Shown here piece after piece: positions 32,141 through 41,920 of a stretch of 64,000 nucleotides of DNA. Numbering within the stretch: the first letter of the stretch is position 1; each line of letters opens with the position of its first letter. Both the position numbers and the translations under genes were made by a program. The stretch lies in the NCBI RefSeq assembly GCF_000026545.1, contig NC_011601.1; one strand, 5' to 3'. Source of the DNA: Escherichia coli O127:H6 str. E2348/69. Its GTDB lineage: Bacteria; Pseudomonadota; Gammaproteobacteria; Enterobacterales; Enterobacteriaceae. The notes below the pieces were generated by a model. That model was not told the origin of the DNA. It did not search any database and saw nothing but the letters and a program-made list of their open reading frames with translations.

Positions 32141-32718
32141 GCGCAGAACTCATGCGACTGCTGAGCAACATCATTCGCACCGGGATCATCTCTGAAGTTG
32201 ATGAGAAGTCCTGGCGCGTGCGCGTTCGCAGCGGCGAACTGGAAACAGGCTGGCTGCGCTGGAACACCACGCGCGCGGGAGCCTTCAATGTGTGGCTGCC
32301 GCCATCACCAGGCGAACAGGTGGTAATTGCCTGCATTGGCGGCAACCCGGAAACCGCCATGATAATTGGCAGCCTGTGGAGTGATGCTATTCCGGCCCCC
32401 GGCAAAAGCCTGAAAGAAATCGTGGTCAGCGCGCCGGATGGCGCGGTGTTCCGCTACGACGCGGACGCAGGCGCACTGAGCGCCAGCGGCATGAAAACAG
32501 CCACCCTGCAGGCATCCGTCAGCGTGACACTGGATACGCCCGTCGTGGAATGCACAGACCTTCTGAGAACGGCGACGCTTGACGTCACAAAAGGGGGAAA
32601 GATGAGCGGCAATATCACGCACAGCGGCGGCAATTTCACCTCAAACGGCATCACAGTGCATACGCATAAACACGGTGGCGTTAAAGGTGGCAGCTATTCG
32701 ACAGGAGGCCCGCAGTGA
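32137..32718 (+). CDS. V: baseplate spike/assembly protein
   Basis: 193-aa ORF; gpV-like with C-terminal HxH motif (HTHKHGG). Confidence 0.8.
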   Translation: MSAELMRLLSNIIRTGIISEVDEKSWRVRVRSGELETGWLRWNTTRAGAFNVWLPPSPGEQVVIACIGGNPETAMIIGSLWSDAIPAPGKSLKEIVVSAPDGAVFRYDADAGALSASGMKTATLQASVSVTLDTPVVECTDLLRTATLDVTKGGKMSGNITHSGGNFTSNGITVHTHKHGGVKGGSYSTGGPQ

Positions 32719-33065
32719 CAACCCGCTACACAGGAATGAACCCGGACGGAACGGGAAACCTGAACGATATGGAGCACCTGAAACAGTCAGTCAGGGACAT
32801 CCTGACCACCCCGCTGGCAAGCCGGGTTATGCGACGGGAATATGGCAGCCTTGTGCCTGATTTGATTGACGAACCCATGAATAACACCACGCGTCTGCAA
32901 TGCATGAGTGCTGCCGTGATTGCGCTGACACGATGGGAACCCCGCATTGCCCTGGACGCTATCGACGTTGTCTGGAAGGCAGGAGGCCGCGCCGGGGTGA
33001 CGCTGTCGGGCACTGTCATGCAGACCATGCAGAATGTTGAATTAACCATCACGCTGAGAGAGTAA
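32715..33065 (+). CDS. W: baseplate wedge protein (GPW/gp25 family)
   Basis: 116-aa ORF; same size and position as P2 gpW. Confidence 0.8.
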   Translation: MTTRYTGMNPDGTGNLNDMEHLKQSVRDILTTPLASRVMRREYGSLVPDLIDEPMNNTTRLQCMSAAVIALTRWEPRIALDAIDVVWKAGGRAGVTLSGTVMQTMQNVELTITLRE

Positions 33066-33068
33066 ATC

Positions 33069-33965
33069 ATGCCTGCTGTTGACCTTTCCCAGTTACCGGA
33101 ACCCGCCATCATCGCGGAGCCTGATTTTGAGGCAATTCTGGCTGACACAAAGGCCATGATGATTGCGTCCTATCCTGCCGAACAGCGTGAAGCCGTCTCC
33201 GCCGCGCTGGAGCTGGAATCGGAACCCCTGAACGTTATCGCTCAAACCATGTCTTTTCGTGAAATGCTGTTACGCCAGCGGGTTAACGAGGGCGCTCGCG
33301 CCTGCATGTTAAGCCACGGTTCAGGGACAAACCTGGACAACCTCGCGGGCAATATGAACACAAAGCGCCTGGTTATCACTCCGGCAACGGATACCACCGA
33401 CGCGGTGATGGAGAGTGACACCTCGCTGAGATTGCGGGCGCAACGGGCGTATGACGGCCTGAGTGTTGCTGGTCCGTCAGGTGCATACGAGTATTTTGCA
33501 CGCAGCGCCAGCGGTCTGGTGCGTGATGCGCGGGCCATCAGCCCGTCTCCGGCCTGTGTGACGGTTTCCATCCTGTCCACTGAAGGCGACGGCACAGCAA
33601 CGGAGGCGTTGCTTAATACCGTTCGCGCCGTTCTGAATGCAGAGGATACCCGCCCGGTGGCCGACCGCCTGACCGTACAGAGCGCCAGAATCGTGACATG
33701 GCGGCTGAATGCAAAACTGTACTTTTACCCCGGCCCGGAATCCGAACCTATTCTGGCCGCGGCTGAATCGTCGTTCAGGAAGTGGCTGGCTGAGCAGGGG
33801 CTTATCGGTCAGGACGTGGCGTTGTCCGCCATTGCTGCCGCACTGCATGTGCACGGTGTGCAACGCGTGGAGATAATCGAACCCACACAGAATATGGCCA
33901 TCAGCGACATACAGGCGGCGCGCTGTGAGTCATTCACCATCAGCGAAGGTGGACGCAATGAGTAA
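33069..33965 (+). CDS. J: baseplate protein J
   Basis: 298-aa ORF; same size and position as P2 gpJ. Confidence 0.8.
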   Translation: MPAVDLSQLPEPAIIAEPDFEAILADTKAMMIASYPAEQREAVSAALELESEPLNVIAQTMSFREMLLRQRVNEGARACMLSHGSGTNLDNLAGNMNTKRLVITPATDTTDAVMESDTSLRLRAQRAYDGLSVAGPSGAYEYFARSASGLVRDARAISPSPACVTVSILSTEGDGTATEALLNTVRAVLNAEDTRPVADRLTVQSARIVTWRLNAKLYFYPGPESEPILAAAESSFRKWLAEQGLIGQDVALSAIAAALHVHGVQRVEIIEPTQNMAISDIQAARCESFTISEGGRNE

Positions 33966-34566
33966 TTCGTTGTTACCACCATCAGCCAGCAATTTCATGC
34001 GTTGTGCCGAAGCCGTCGGAACACGCATTACAGACATTCCGGTAGACCTCAACACGCTGTGGTCGCCGGACACCTGCCCGGTGCATCTGCTGCCTTATCT
34101 CGCCTGGGCATTTTCCGTTGACCGCTGGGATCGCAACTGGCCGGAAGAGACAAAGCGACAGGTGATTCGTGATGCATGGCTGATACACCGACACAAAGGG
34201 ACCATCAGCGCACTGCGAAGAGCCGTGGAGCCTCTCGGCTACCTGATTGAAGTAAAGGAGTGGTGGCAACTCAACGAGGAACCGGGAACATTTCGCATTG
34301 TTGTCGGAGTACTTGATCAGGGCATCACCGATGAAATGTATCAGGAACTTGAGCGCCTTATTGCGGATGCAAAACCAGTAAGTCGCCATCTGACGGGGCT
34401 GGCGATCAGCCTGAGTGTGAACGGAAAGATTTTCGTTGGTACGGGATGCTATCACGGCGATGCCCTGACGGTTTATCCCTACACCCCGGAGTCCATTATT
34501 GTCGAAGGGGATTATTTCCCTGCCCCAGCCATTCATTTAATTGATAATCTGAGAGTAAACGCATGA
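33958..34566 (+). CDS. I: baseplate protein I
   Basis: 202-aa product from MSNSLLPP inside the listed 33925..34566 ORF; overlaps the J stop. Confidence 0.75.
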   Translation: MSNSLLPPSASNFMRCAEAVGTRITDIPVDLNTLWSPDTCPVHLLPYLAWAFSVDRWDRNWPEETKRQVIRDAWLIHRHKGTISALRRAVEPLGYLIEVKEWWQLNEEPGTFRIVVGVLDQGITDEMYQELERLIADAKPVSRHLTGLAISLSVNGKIFVGTGCYHGDALTVYPYTPESIIVEGDYFPAPAIHLIDNLRVNA

Positions 34567-36128
34567 CAGTGAAATACTACGCCATTCTGACTAATCAGGG
34601 CGCGGCACGACTGGCTAACGCGACGATGCTCGGCAGTAAGCTGAATCTGACGCAAATGGCCGTTGGTGATGCAAATGGTGTGTTACCAACACCAGACCCT
34701 GCACAAACAAAACTGATTAACCAGAAACGCATTGCACCGCTGAATCTTCTGAGTGTTGACCCTAACAATCAGAGCCAGATTATTGCGGAGCAAATCATCC
34801 CTGAAAACGAGGGAGGATTCTGGATCCGTGAGATTGGTCTTTATGATGATGAAGGTGTACTCATTGCGGTGGCAAACTGCCCGGAAACGTACAAACCGCA
34901 GTTGCAGGAAGGCAGTGGACGCACCCAGACTATCCGCATGATTCTGGTTGTCACGAACACCGAAGCCATCACGCTGAAAATCGACCCGTCTGTGGTTCTG
35001 GCAACCCGCAAATATGTGGATGATAAAATCTCAGAGCACGAACAGTCACGACGTCACCCGGACGCCTCGCTGACCGTAAAAGGTTTTACTCAGTTAAGCA
35101 GTGCAATTAACAGTGAATCAGAAACACTGGCCGCAACACCGAAAGCGGTTAAGGCTGCATATGACCTGGCTAACGGGAAATATACCGCCCAGAACGCCAC
35201 CACTACACAAAAAGGAATTGTTCAGCTCAGTAGCGCCACGAACAGCACGTCTGAAACGCTGGCAGCGACACCAAAAGCTGTTAAGGCGGTAATGGATGAA
35301 ACGAACAAGAAAGCACCATTAAACAGCCCGGCACTGACCGGAACGCCAACAACACCAACAGCGCCACAGGGGACTAATAGTACCCAGATCGCAAGCACGG
35401 CTTTCGTTATGGCCGCGATTGCCGCACTTGTAGATTCGTCACCTGATGCACTGAACACGCTGAACGAACTGGCTGCGGCGCTGGGCAATGACCCGAATTT
35501 TGCGACCACCATGACTAACGCGCTTGCGGGTAAGCAACCGAAGGATGCCACCCTGACGGCGCTGGCAGAGCTTGCTACATCAGCAGATAAACTCCCATAT
35601 TTTACAGGGGCAGATCGTGCCGCGTTAACCGCGTTGACAAGTGTTGGACGTGCCATTCTTGGTAAAACCAGCACTCAGGGAGTTCTTGATTACCTTGGTT
35701 TGGGGGAAGGCTCTGCACTGCCCGTTGGTGTGCCCGTTCCGTGGTCCTCAGCAACACCACCAACGGGCTGGCTGAAATGTAACGGTGCAGCATTTTCTTC
35801 TGAAATGTATCCCAGACTGGCAAGGGCTTATCCCACCAATAAATTACCGGATTTACGCGGTGAATTTATCCGTGGCTGGGATGATGGGCGCGGGATTGAT
35901 GCGGGACGTACCCTGCTTTCAGGGCAGGATGGTACAAGTTTTTCTCATTACGGAGGTAATTTCGACATTGGGTCTGGTCATTCAATCAATAACTATGACC
36001 AAATTGTTTCTAACCAACCAGGCTTTTCCCGTTTTTCATTTGCAGGGCCTTCACGAGGTGATGGGGTTAATTATGTAACCATTCGTCCTCGTAATATTAC
36101 GTTTAATTACATCGTAAGGGCAGCATGA
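34563..36128 (+). CDS. H: tail fibre protein, constant N-terminal part fused to C-terminal cassette 1
   Basis: 521-aa ORF; N-terminus MTVKYYAILTNQGAARLANA typical of P2 H; internal TLAATPKAVKA repeats; C-terminal 150 aa is one of three alternative cassettes. Confidence 0.85.
   Translation: MTVKYYAILTNQGAARLANATMLGSKLNLTQMAVGDANGVLPTPDPAQTKLINQKRIAPLNLLSVDPNNQSQIIAEQIIPENEGGFWIREIGLYDDEGVLIAVANCPETYKPQLQEGSGRTQTIRMILVVTNTEAITLKIDPSVVLATRKYVDDKISEHEQSRRHPDASLTVKGFTQLSSAINSESETLAATPKAVKAAYDLANGKYTAQNATTTQKGIVQLSSATNSTSETLAATPKAVKAVMDETNKKAPLNSPALTGTPTTPTAPQGTNSTQIASTAFVMAAIAALVDSSPDALNTLNELAAALGNDPNFATTMTNALAGKQPKDATLTALAELATSADKLPYFTGADRAALTALTSVGRAILGKTSTQGVLDYLGLGEGSALPVGVPVPWSSATPPTGWLKCNGAAFSSEMYPRLARAYPTNKLPDLRGEFIRGWDDGRGIDAGRTLLSGQDGTSFSHYGGNFDIGSGHSINNYDQIVSNQPGFSRFSFAGPSRGDGVNYVTIRPRNITFNYIVRAA
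35684..35709. repeat. candidate invertase crossover site A (hix/gix/cix-like)
   Basis: ttcttgattaccttggtttgggggaa at the constant/variable junction of H; related copies at 36125.. and, inverted, at 37683.. Confidence 0.5.
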
Positions 36129-36150
36129 AAACGTTGGTTTGGGGGAAGGC
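36125..36150. repeat. candidate crossover site B (direct orientation)
   Basis: aaaacgttggtttgggggaagg at the start of cassette 2. Confidence 0.45.
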
Positions 36151-36615
36151 TCTGCACTGCCCGTTGGTGTGCCCGTTCCATGGCCCTCAGCCACGCCGCC
36201 AACGGGATGGCTGAAATGTAACGGCGCAGCATTTTCTTCTGAAAAGTACCCAAAACTGGCAAGGGCTTACCCCACCAATAAATTACCAGACTTACGCGGT
36301 GAATTTATCCGTGGCTGGGATGATGGGCGAGGAATTGATGCGGCACGCGCTTTATTGAGCATTCAAAACGGGATGTTGGAAAAACACCGCCATATTGTTG
36401 TAGCTAACGATGGATATGACACAAAGGATGAATGGGAGTTGGCCACGATTTTCAAAAAAACATATACGCAAGGCAGGGGGCTTGATGCCACAAATACAGG
36501 AGGGAGTTTGATTCCATCACCAACGCTTCATTCACGAGGAAGTATTGGTAACACAGGTGGTAGTGAAACCCGCCCCCGCAATATTGCATTTAACTATATC
36601 GTGAGGGCGGCTTAG
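36139..36615 (+). other. promoterless alternative tail-fibre C-terminal cassette 2 (direct orientation)
   Basis: The ORF begins exactly at the shared GEGSALPVGVPVPW block and ends with the shared PRNIAFNYIVRAA tail; central 70 aa differs from cassette 1. Confidence 0.7.
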
Positions 36616-36621
36616 TTATAT

Positions 36622-37233
36622 TCAACTGGCTGCTGCCAGTGGTATTTCCGGCAAGTTGATATCTGGTGCCATGTTTATATCCATTGCGTTCAGCGCGTCT
36701 ATATAATCCAGCACGGCATTAAGCCGGGTGGTTTCTGCCTGCGTCAACTTCCGCCCGGCCTGCAACTTCAACTGAATCAGACTTATGGAAGCCATTGCCG
36801 CATCAGCCAGTGACTGGCGCTTGGTTTCTGCCGCTTCTACTGCAGCACGATGTTGTGCCTCAGTATCTGTCACCCATTTTTCACCATCCCATTTATCGTA
36901 TGGTGTTAACGGGGCGATAGTGGTTGTATTTTTCGGGTAGTCACCCAGCGCCGTGATTTCTTCGGTGTTTCCCGTGTCAGTGCTATAGACGGTTTCACCA
37001 CGATGGTCTGGCGCATACTCCCATGAGCTTAAATTCTCCGAACGGCGGATAGCATAGCCCGCTTTATGTGCGCCCGGGGCATCTAAACAGGAATTTGCCG
37101 GAATACCGACACCCACAGCAAGATATTCAGTTGATTCGGAAATATATTCCCGTGTCTCACCATCATAGTTATAAACGACGATGTTTCCTGCCTGTACGGC
37201 AATAAGGTCATCATTTAATATCGCGTTATTCAT
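36622..37233 (-). CDS. tail fibre assembly chaperone (Tfa/gpG-like)
   Basis: 203-aa ORF immediately downstream of, and co-oriented with, cassette 3; phage Tfa-like N-terminus. Confidence 0.75.
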   Translation of the reverse strand: MNNAILNDDLIAVQAGNIVVYNYDGETREYISESTEYLAVGVGIPANSCLDAPGAHKAGYAIRRSENLSSWEYAPDHRGETVYSTDTGNTEEITALGDYPKNTTTIAPLTPYDKWDGEKWVTDTEAQHRAAVEAAETKRQSLADAAMASISLIQLKLQAGRKLTQAETTRLNAVLDYIDALNAMDINMAPDINLPEIPLAAAS

Positions 37234-37700
37234 TATGCGGTTCTCACAATATAATTGAAGGCAATATTGCGTGGGTGGGTTTCATTCCCCTCTGAGGATT
37301 CCGTTCTGTATTGACTGGTAAATCTACCGTTAATTGCACCTTGCCGGACGGCGTTATCTGTCGACAACAGACTATCCCCTCCTTTGTCATTTGGCACCAA
37401 CACCGTGTTATCCCACGCATCCCATGACCGAATATTATGATAATGACTTCCTGTTAACCACCCCTGCATGCTTAAGATGCCCCTTCCGGCATCCACCCCG
37501 CGCCCATCATCCCAGCCACGGATAAATTCACCGCGTAAATCCGGTAATTTATTGGTGGGGTAGGCCTTTGCCAGTTTTGGGTACATTTCAGAAGAAAATG
37601 CTGCACCGTTACATTTCAGCCACCCTGCTGGCGGTGTGGCTGAGGGCCACGGAACAGGTACACCAACGGGCAGTGCAGAGCCTTCCCCCAAACCAACGTT
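37233..37700 (-). other. alternative tail-fibre C-terminal cassette 3 (inverted orientation)
   Basis: Minus-strand ORF (listed 37233..37748) encodes the same GEGSALPVGVPVPW ... PRNIAFNYIVRTA frame with a distinct central segment. Confidence 0.7.
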
Positions 37701-37708
37701 TTCGTTTT
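37683..37708. repeat. candidate crossover site C (inverted orientation)
   Basis: Reverse complement reads aaaacgaaaacgttggtttgggggaa. Confidence 0.45.
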
Positions 37709-37762
37709 TATCCCTACCTATACCAACTCTGTATTTTTCACGAAACAAAGAGGATGTTTTTT

Positions 37763-38362
37763 ATGCAAATTGGCTATATTCGTGTGTCAACAAATGACCA
37801 GAACACGGATTTACAACGCAATGCACTGAACTGCGCAGGATGTGAACTGATTTTTGAAGATAAAATCAGCGGAACGAAATCAGCCAGACCGGGATTGAAA
37901 AAACTGCTCAGAACGCTATCAGAAGGAGATACGCTGGTTGTCTGGAAGCTGGACAGACTGGGCAGAAGTATGAAACACCTGATCACGCTTATTGAGGAAT
38001 TGCGGGAAAAAGGTGTTAATTTCCGTAGTCTGACGGACAGCATTGACACATCAACACCCATGGGGCGTTTCTTTTTTCACGTCATGGGGGCTTTAGCCGA
38101 AATGGAACGTGAATTAATTGTAGAGCGTACACTGGCCGGGCTGGCAGCAGCACGCGCACAAGGACGCATTGGCGGACGTCGCCCGAAGTTGACAAAAGAA
38201 CAACACGAGCAAATAGCGAGGCTGATTAAAAACGGTCATGACAGGAAACAACTGGCGATCATTTACGACATCGGCATATCGACGATTTATCGTTATCACC
38301 CTGTAGGCGATATACAGGCTGAAGAAACAACCAGGCAGACTCAGGAAAATAAAAACCGCTAA
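37763..38362 (+). CDS. serine recombinase DNA invertase (Gin/Cin/Pin/Hin family)
   Basis: 199-aa product MQIGYIRVSTNDQNTDLQRNAL ... LVVWKLDRLGRSMKHL ... GRIGGRRPKLT, near-colinear with Mu Gin; the listed ORF 37568..38362 includes a spurious upstream extension. Confidence 0.92.
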   Translation: MQIGYIRVSTNDQNTDLQRNALNCAGCELIFEDKISGTKSARPGLKKLLRTLSEGDTLVVWKLDRLGRSMKHLITLIEELREKGVNFRSLTDSIDTSTPMGRFFFHVMGALAEMERELIVERTLAGLAAARAQGRIGGRRPKLTKEQHEQIARLIKNGHDRKQLAIIYDIGISTIYRYHPVGDIQAEETTRQTQENKNR

Positions 38363-38381
38363 TCTGACCATTAGCGGTTTT
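38354..38381. terminator. bidirectional hairpin between the convergent invertase and U genes
   Basis: aaccgctaat-ctgacc-attagcggtt inverted repeat flanked by A/T runs. Confidence 0.55.
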
Positions 38382-38388
38382 GCGTTAA

Positions 38389-38883
38389 TCAAAACAGCCC
38401 TTTAACGGAGCTGGCCGCGCTGTTAAGGGATGATGTGACCTTATCTTTGAAGCCGGACAGCATATCACTGAACGATGAGGATTGCAGGCGCTCCCGCAAA
38501 TCCTCATCACAGCGTTCAAGAGTCAGTGAAAATTCTATCTTTTTCGCCTTACCGTAGCGATCAAACTCGGAACGGGTCGTATTCGTTTCAGTCAGTACAT
38601 ACATGCCGTAAATCTGCCCGACACCATCAATCAGAGGCCAGGGGCGTCCTGTATATGCCTGCGTGGTCAGCAACGAAAGCGACACTTCGCCACCTGTAAT
38701 TTCAGGATAAAGCACGCCGGAAAGCACGATGCGATCATCACCTGCGCCGATATACTGCCAGCTTGCTGAACGGTTAACGCGTTCATTTTTCACATGCCGC
38801 CAGCTTTTGTTTTGCTGTAACTGCTGATGCGGCAATGTGCGCAGCTCAAAAACAAACATGCCGTAGATCATCATCATGGCCAT
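38389..38883 (-). CDS. U: tail protein U
   Basis: 164-aa ORF; strong parallel to P2 gpU (MMM..G.FVF ... LSGVLYPE.TGG ... AWPLI.G.G.IYGM.V ... IDFSLTL.R.DE). Confidence 0.88.
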   Translation of the reverse strand: MAMMMIYGMFVFELRTLPHQQLQQNKSWRHVKNERVNRSASWQYIGAGDDRIVLSGVLYPEITGGEVSLSLLTTQAYTGRPWPLIDGVGQIYGMYVLTETNTTRSEFDRYGKAKKIEFSLTLERCDEDLRERLQSSSFSDMLSGFKDKVTSSLNSAASSVKGLF

Positions 38884-38889
38884 GACTCC

Positions 38890-41733
38890 TCAATCTTTAT
38901 CGTAAAAACTGCCACGTCCGGCACGGTCGCGTCGTTCCAATTCTGCCCTGACCATTTCACCGACCAGTTTCGCCAGTTTGCGGGGATTCTGCGTAACAAC
39001 GTTATGCAGATGAACATGAATTTCACCGCCAAATCCGGAGACAACAGGCTCCCGGTTACGGGAAGTTGCAGGAACTGATGCCACTGGCGATCGTATGGCC
39101 TCCGCCACCGGGCGGGAGCTGGCCGCAACAACAGGGACCAGCGCCGGAGGCAGAGGAGTCGGGACCACGGGTGTGATGTTGATTGCGGAAGCAGGCTTAC
39201 TGACCTGCGCAATCTTCCGCTCCTGCCACTCCCCACGAACAGCAAGTGCGCGGGGCAGATTCTTAAAGACAATATCGCCGGGGCCAATGCGTTTTTTCGT
39301 CTCATCAACCAGCTTACCTGTGTTATCAGCAATTTTGCTGAGTCTGCGTAGCGTACCGGTATTGCTGTCTGTGAGCGGTTTGTTGTCTTTGGGTTTATCA
39401 CCTCCGGTGCCATTGCCATTTTCCACAGGCTTCGGCGGATTGATTTTCGCCAGGTCCCCCTGAAGCAAGGCAACCTTGTCCTGAAGAATGGCCGCACGCT
39501 GTGCGTCTTCGATTTTCTTGCGCGCCCTTTCCGCTTCATCCGGAAGGACGCCAAGTTTTTCAAGTATCCACGCCAGCGTATCCAGTAGCATTTTTGCAGG
39601 CGTCAGAACAAGTTGTAACGCACCGCCAAGAACGTTACCGAATATCTCGCCAGCACTGGTACATTTATCCAGCGTTTCCTTGCTGGACTCCATCGGTGAC
39701 AGCAGCGATTTAAACCAGTTAAACACCTGGCTGATCCCGCTTCCGATTGCGTCAAAAACAGGACCAAACCGTTCAAAGGTTTCGCGCAACGGGGCCAGCC
39801 TTTCCATAATCCCGCTGAACACCCCGGCAAAAAATGCCCTGATGGGATCCCAGTATTTCCAGATAAGAACGGCAGCTCCGGCAAGTGCAGCCACGATAAG
39901 ACCAACCGGACTGAACAGCGCCCCGATAGCGCCTCCCAGTAAAGAAACGGAACCCGTCACCATTCCCCATAGTGCTGGCAGGACCCTGACAGCATTCATT
40001 GATCCGGTCAGGAGAGAAAAACCAAGACGCAGTTTTGCCAGCGGACCAGCAAGCACACCAATAGCCAGCGACAACGAGCCAACCGTTGCAGTCATTGCCA
40101 GCAACGCACCGCCTGCTATCAGTAGCTGGCGCGTCAGTGCCGGATGGGCCTGCGCCAGCGCCGTCACCCTTGATACCACCCGCGTGAGCCACTGCGTGAC
40201 AGAACGCAGCGGACCGTCAATCAGATCTGCAATGCGGATGCGCAACCCTTCCCATGCACTGCCGAGTGATTTCAGATCGCCGTCAAGGTTGTTGGCCATA
40301 ACCTTTGCTGTGCGTTCAGCCTCACCGCGCGCGCCTTCAAGTTCTTTTCTCAGTTTGGGTAAGGAACCGTCACCCGCTGCATCAACGAGCGCCATAAACG
40401 ATGTGAAAGCCTCTTCTCCGGCAATGTCCTTAAAGAACGATACCCGGTCAACTTCCCCGTATTTGCGGGTGGCTTTATAAAGGTCGGCCAGCACATCCTC
40501 CATCGGGCGCATTTTGCCCCCGGCATCCGAGACGGACACGCCCAGCTCTTTCAGAGCTTCTGCCGCCGCCTTTGGCGGTGATGCCAGACGAGCCAGGCTG
40601 GCACGCATTGCCGTCCCGGCATCACTCCCTCTGATGCCCATATTCGCCAGCACGCCAGCCATCGCTGCGGCCTGCTCCAGCGATATTCCCAGCTTACCCG
40701 CCACCGGACCTGCATATTTCATGGTTTCGCCCAGTGCGCGAAGGTCAGTGTTGGTACGGGTAAACGCTGCGGTGAGTGTGTCACCGACCCGGTCCATCTG
40801 GTCAGCAGAAAGGCCGAACTGCGTCAGGATATTTGAGCCAATATCTGCCGTCTCGCCGAGATCCATACCGCCAGCCGTTGCCATGCTCAGCACTCCGGGA
40901 AGCGCAGCCTGAATGGCCTGCGGTGTGAAGCCAGCCATTGCAAGAAATGCCTGCCCACTGGCGGCATCGCCTGCGGTGAACTGCGTTTCAGAGCCAAGTT
41001 TTAACGCCTGCTCACGCAGCGCCTTAAACTGCGGGCTGTTCTGGTCGATTCGCGTCAGCGCCTGAACGCGGGACATCTCTTTGCCGAACCCGATCGCGGG
41101 CTGCAAAAAACGCCCGGCAGCATAGCCGCCCGCCGCTGCCGCACCAATTGCCAGCGCACCACCTGTTTTCAGTTTTCCCGCGGTTTCCTGCGCGCGCGAA
41201 TACCGCTCACGCGCCCGCGTTACACGCGCAAGCGCCTGCCGTTCGCGTTCAAGCTGGTTGTTGTACTGTTCGGTGCGTCTGATGGCCTGCTGGATGGTGT
41301 TATCGCTGCCTGTCAGGGAAATGCCGTGGCGTTTCAGCTCTCCGCCAAGTTCCCGCATTTTCTGAATTTCCCGTGTGCGCGATTCATTCAGGCGTTCAAG
41401 CCGGGTGCTTAACTGCTGCATCAGCTTTTGTTGTTTTTCGCTGAGCACTGTACCCGTGCGTTGTAACTGATTAAGAGCGTTAAGCTGGCGTCGTGCTTTC
41501 AATATGCCAGCATCCGCTTTACTGACAGCGTCACGGGCGCGCTCAAATGAACGCGCCTGACGCTCGAGATTTTTGATCGCCCCCTGCGTTCGCTGGATGG
41601 AGTCACCAAACTGCCCCATCAGGCGGCGGGCGTTTTCGGCAGGCCGGGTCAGCCTGTCAACGGCGCTGAAAGCGACCCGGATATCAAGAGTCTTCATTGT
41701 CTGTATTCCCGCTGCGAAGTGCCGCCCGCTCAC
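38890..41733 (-). CDS. T: tail tape measure protein
   Basis: 947-aa Ala/Gly/Leu-rich ORF with coiled N-terminal region; position after E/E'. Confidence 0.85.
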   Translation of the reverse strand: MSGRHFAAGIQTMKTLDIRVAFSAVDRLTRPAENARRLMGQFGDSIQRTQGAIKNLERQARSFERARDAVSKADAGILKARRQLNALNQLQRTGTVLSEKQQKLMQQLSTRLERLNESRTREIQKMRELGGELKRHGISLTGSDNTIQQAIRRTEQYNNQLERERQALARVTRARERYSRAQETAGKLKTGGALAIGAAAAGGYAAGRFLQPAIGFGKEMSRVQALTRIDQNSPQFKALREQALKLGSETQFTAGDAASGQAFLAMAGFTPQAIQAALPGVLSMATAGGMDLGETADIGSNILTQFGLSADQMDRVGDTLTAAFTRTNTDLRALGETMKYAGPVAGKLGISLEQAAAMAGVLANMGIRGSDAGTAMRASLARLASPPKAAAEALKELGVSVSDAGGKMRPMEDVLADLYKATRKYGEVDRVSFFKDIAGEEAFTSFMALVDAAGDGSLPKLRKELEGARGEAERTAKVMANNLDGDLKSLGSAWEGLRIRIADLIDGPLRSVTQWLTRVVSRVTALAQAHPALTRQLLIAGGALLAMTATVGSLSLAIGVLAGPLAKLRLGFSLLTGSMNAVRVLPALWGMVTGSVSLLGGAIGALFSPVGLIVAALAGAAVLIWKYWDPIRAFFAGVFSGIMERLAPLRETFERFGPVFDAIGSGISQVFNWFKSLLSPMESSKETLDKCTSAGEIFGNVLGGALQLVLTPAKMLLDTLAWILEKLGVLPDEAERARKKIEDAQRAAILQDKVALLQGDLAKINPPKPVENGNGTGGDKPKDNKPLTDSNTGTLRRLSKIADNTGKLVDETKKRIGPGDIVFKNLPRALAVRGEWQERKIAQVSKPASAINITPVVPTPLPPALVPVVAASSRPVAEAIRSPVASVPATSRNREPVVSGFGGEIHVHLHNVVTQNPRKLAKLVGEMVRAELERRDRAGRGSFYDKD

Positions 41734-41920
41734 GCCAGCTAACCACTTCGCCGGGAGTCATCATGAAGATTTCGGCGGGCGACCAGTTAAAAATGGTGGC
41801 AATATCCGCCACCAGATCTTCGATGTGCTCAAAGCACACCAGGGTGATTACGCTGCCGTCTCCTGCACGCTCTTCGCGCCAGAGTCTGGCTCGCTCATAA
41901 AATTTACAGCCACAGCGCAC
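41684..41920 (-). other. E' extension frame (read via -1 frameshift from E)
   Basis: ORF in the -1 frame overlapping the 3' end of E and the start of T, as in P2 E+E'. Confidence 0.6.

Noticed and set aside
36139-36615. Treating the 158-aa ORF as an independent gene with its own start
   Set aside because: Its apparent start codon sits exactly at the recombination junction and it lacks an RBS; it is a promoterless exchange cassette for the H C-terminus.
38874-39563. 229-aa minus-strand ORF and several plus-strand ORFs within the tape measure gene
   Set aside because: Alternate frames of the long Ala/Gly-rich tape measure CDS; such regions routinely give long spurious ORFs.
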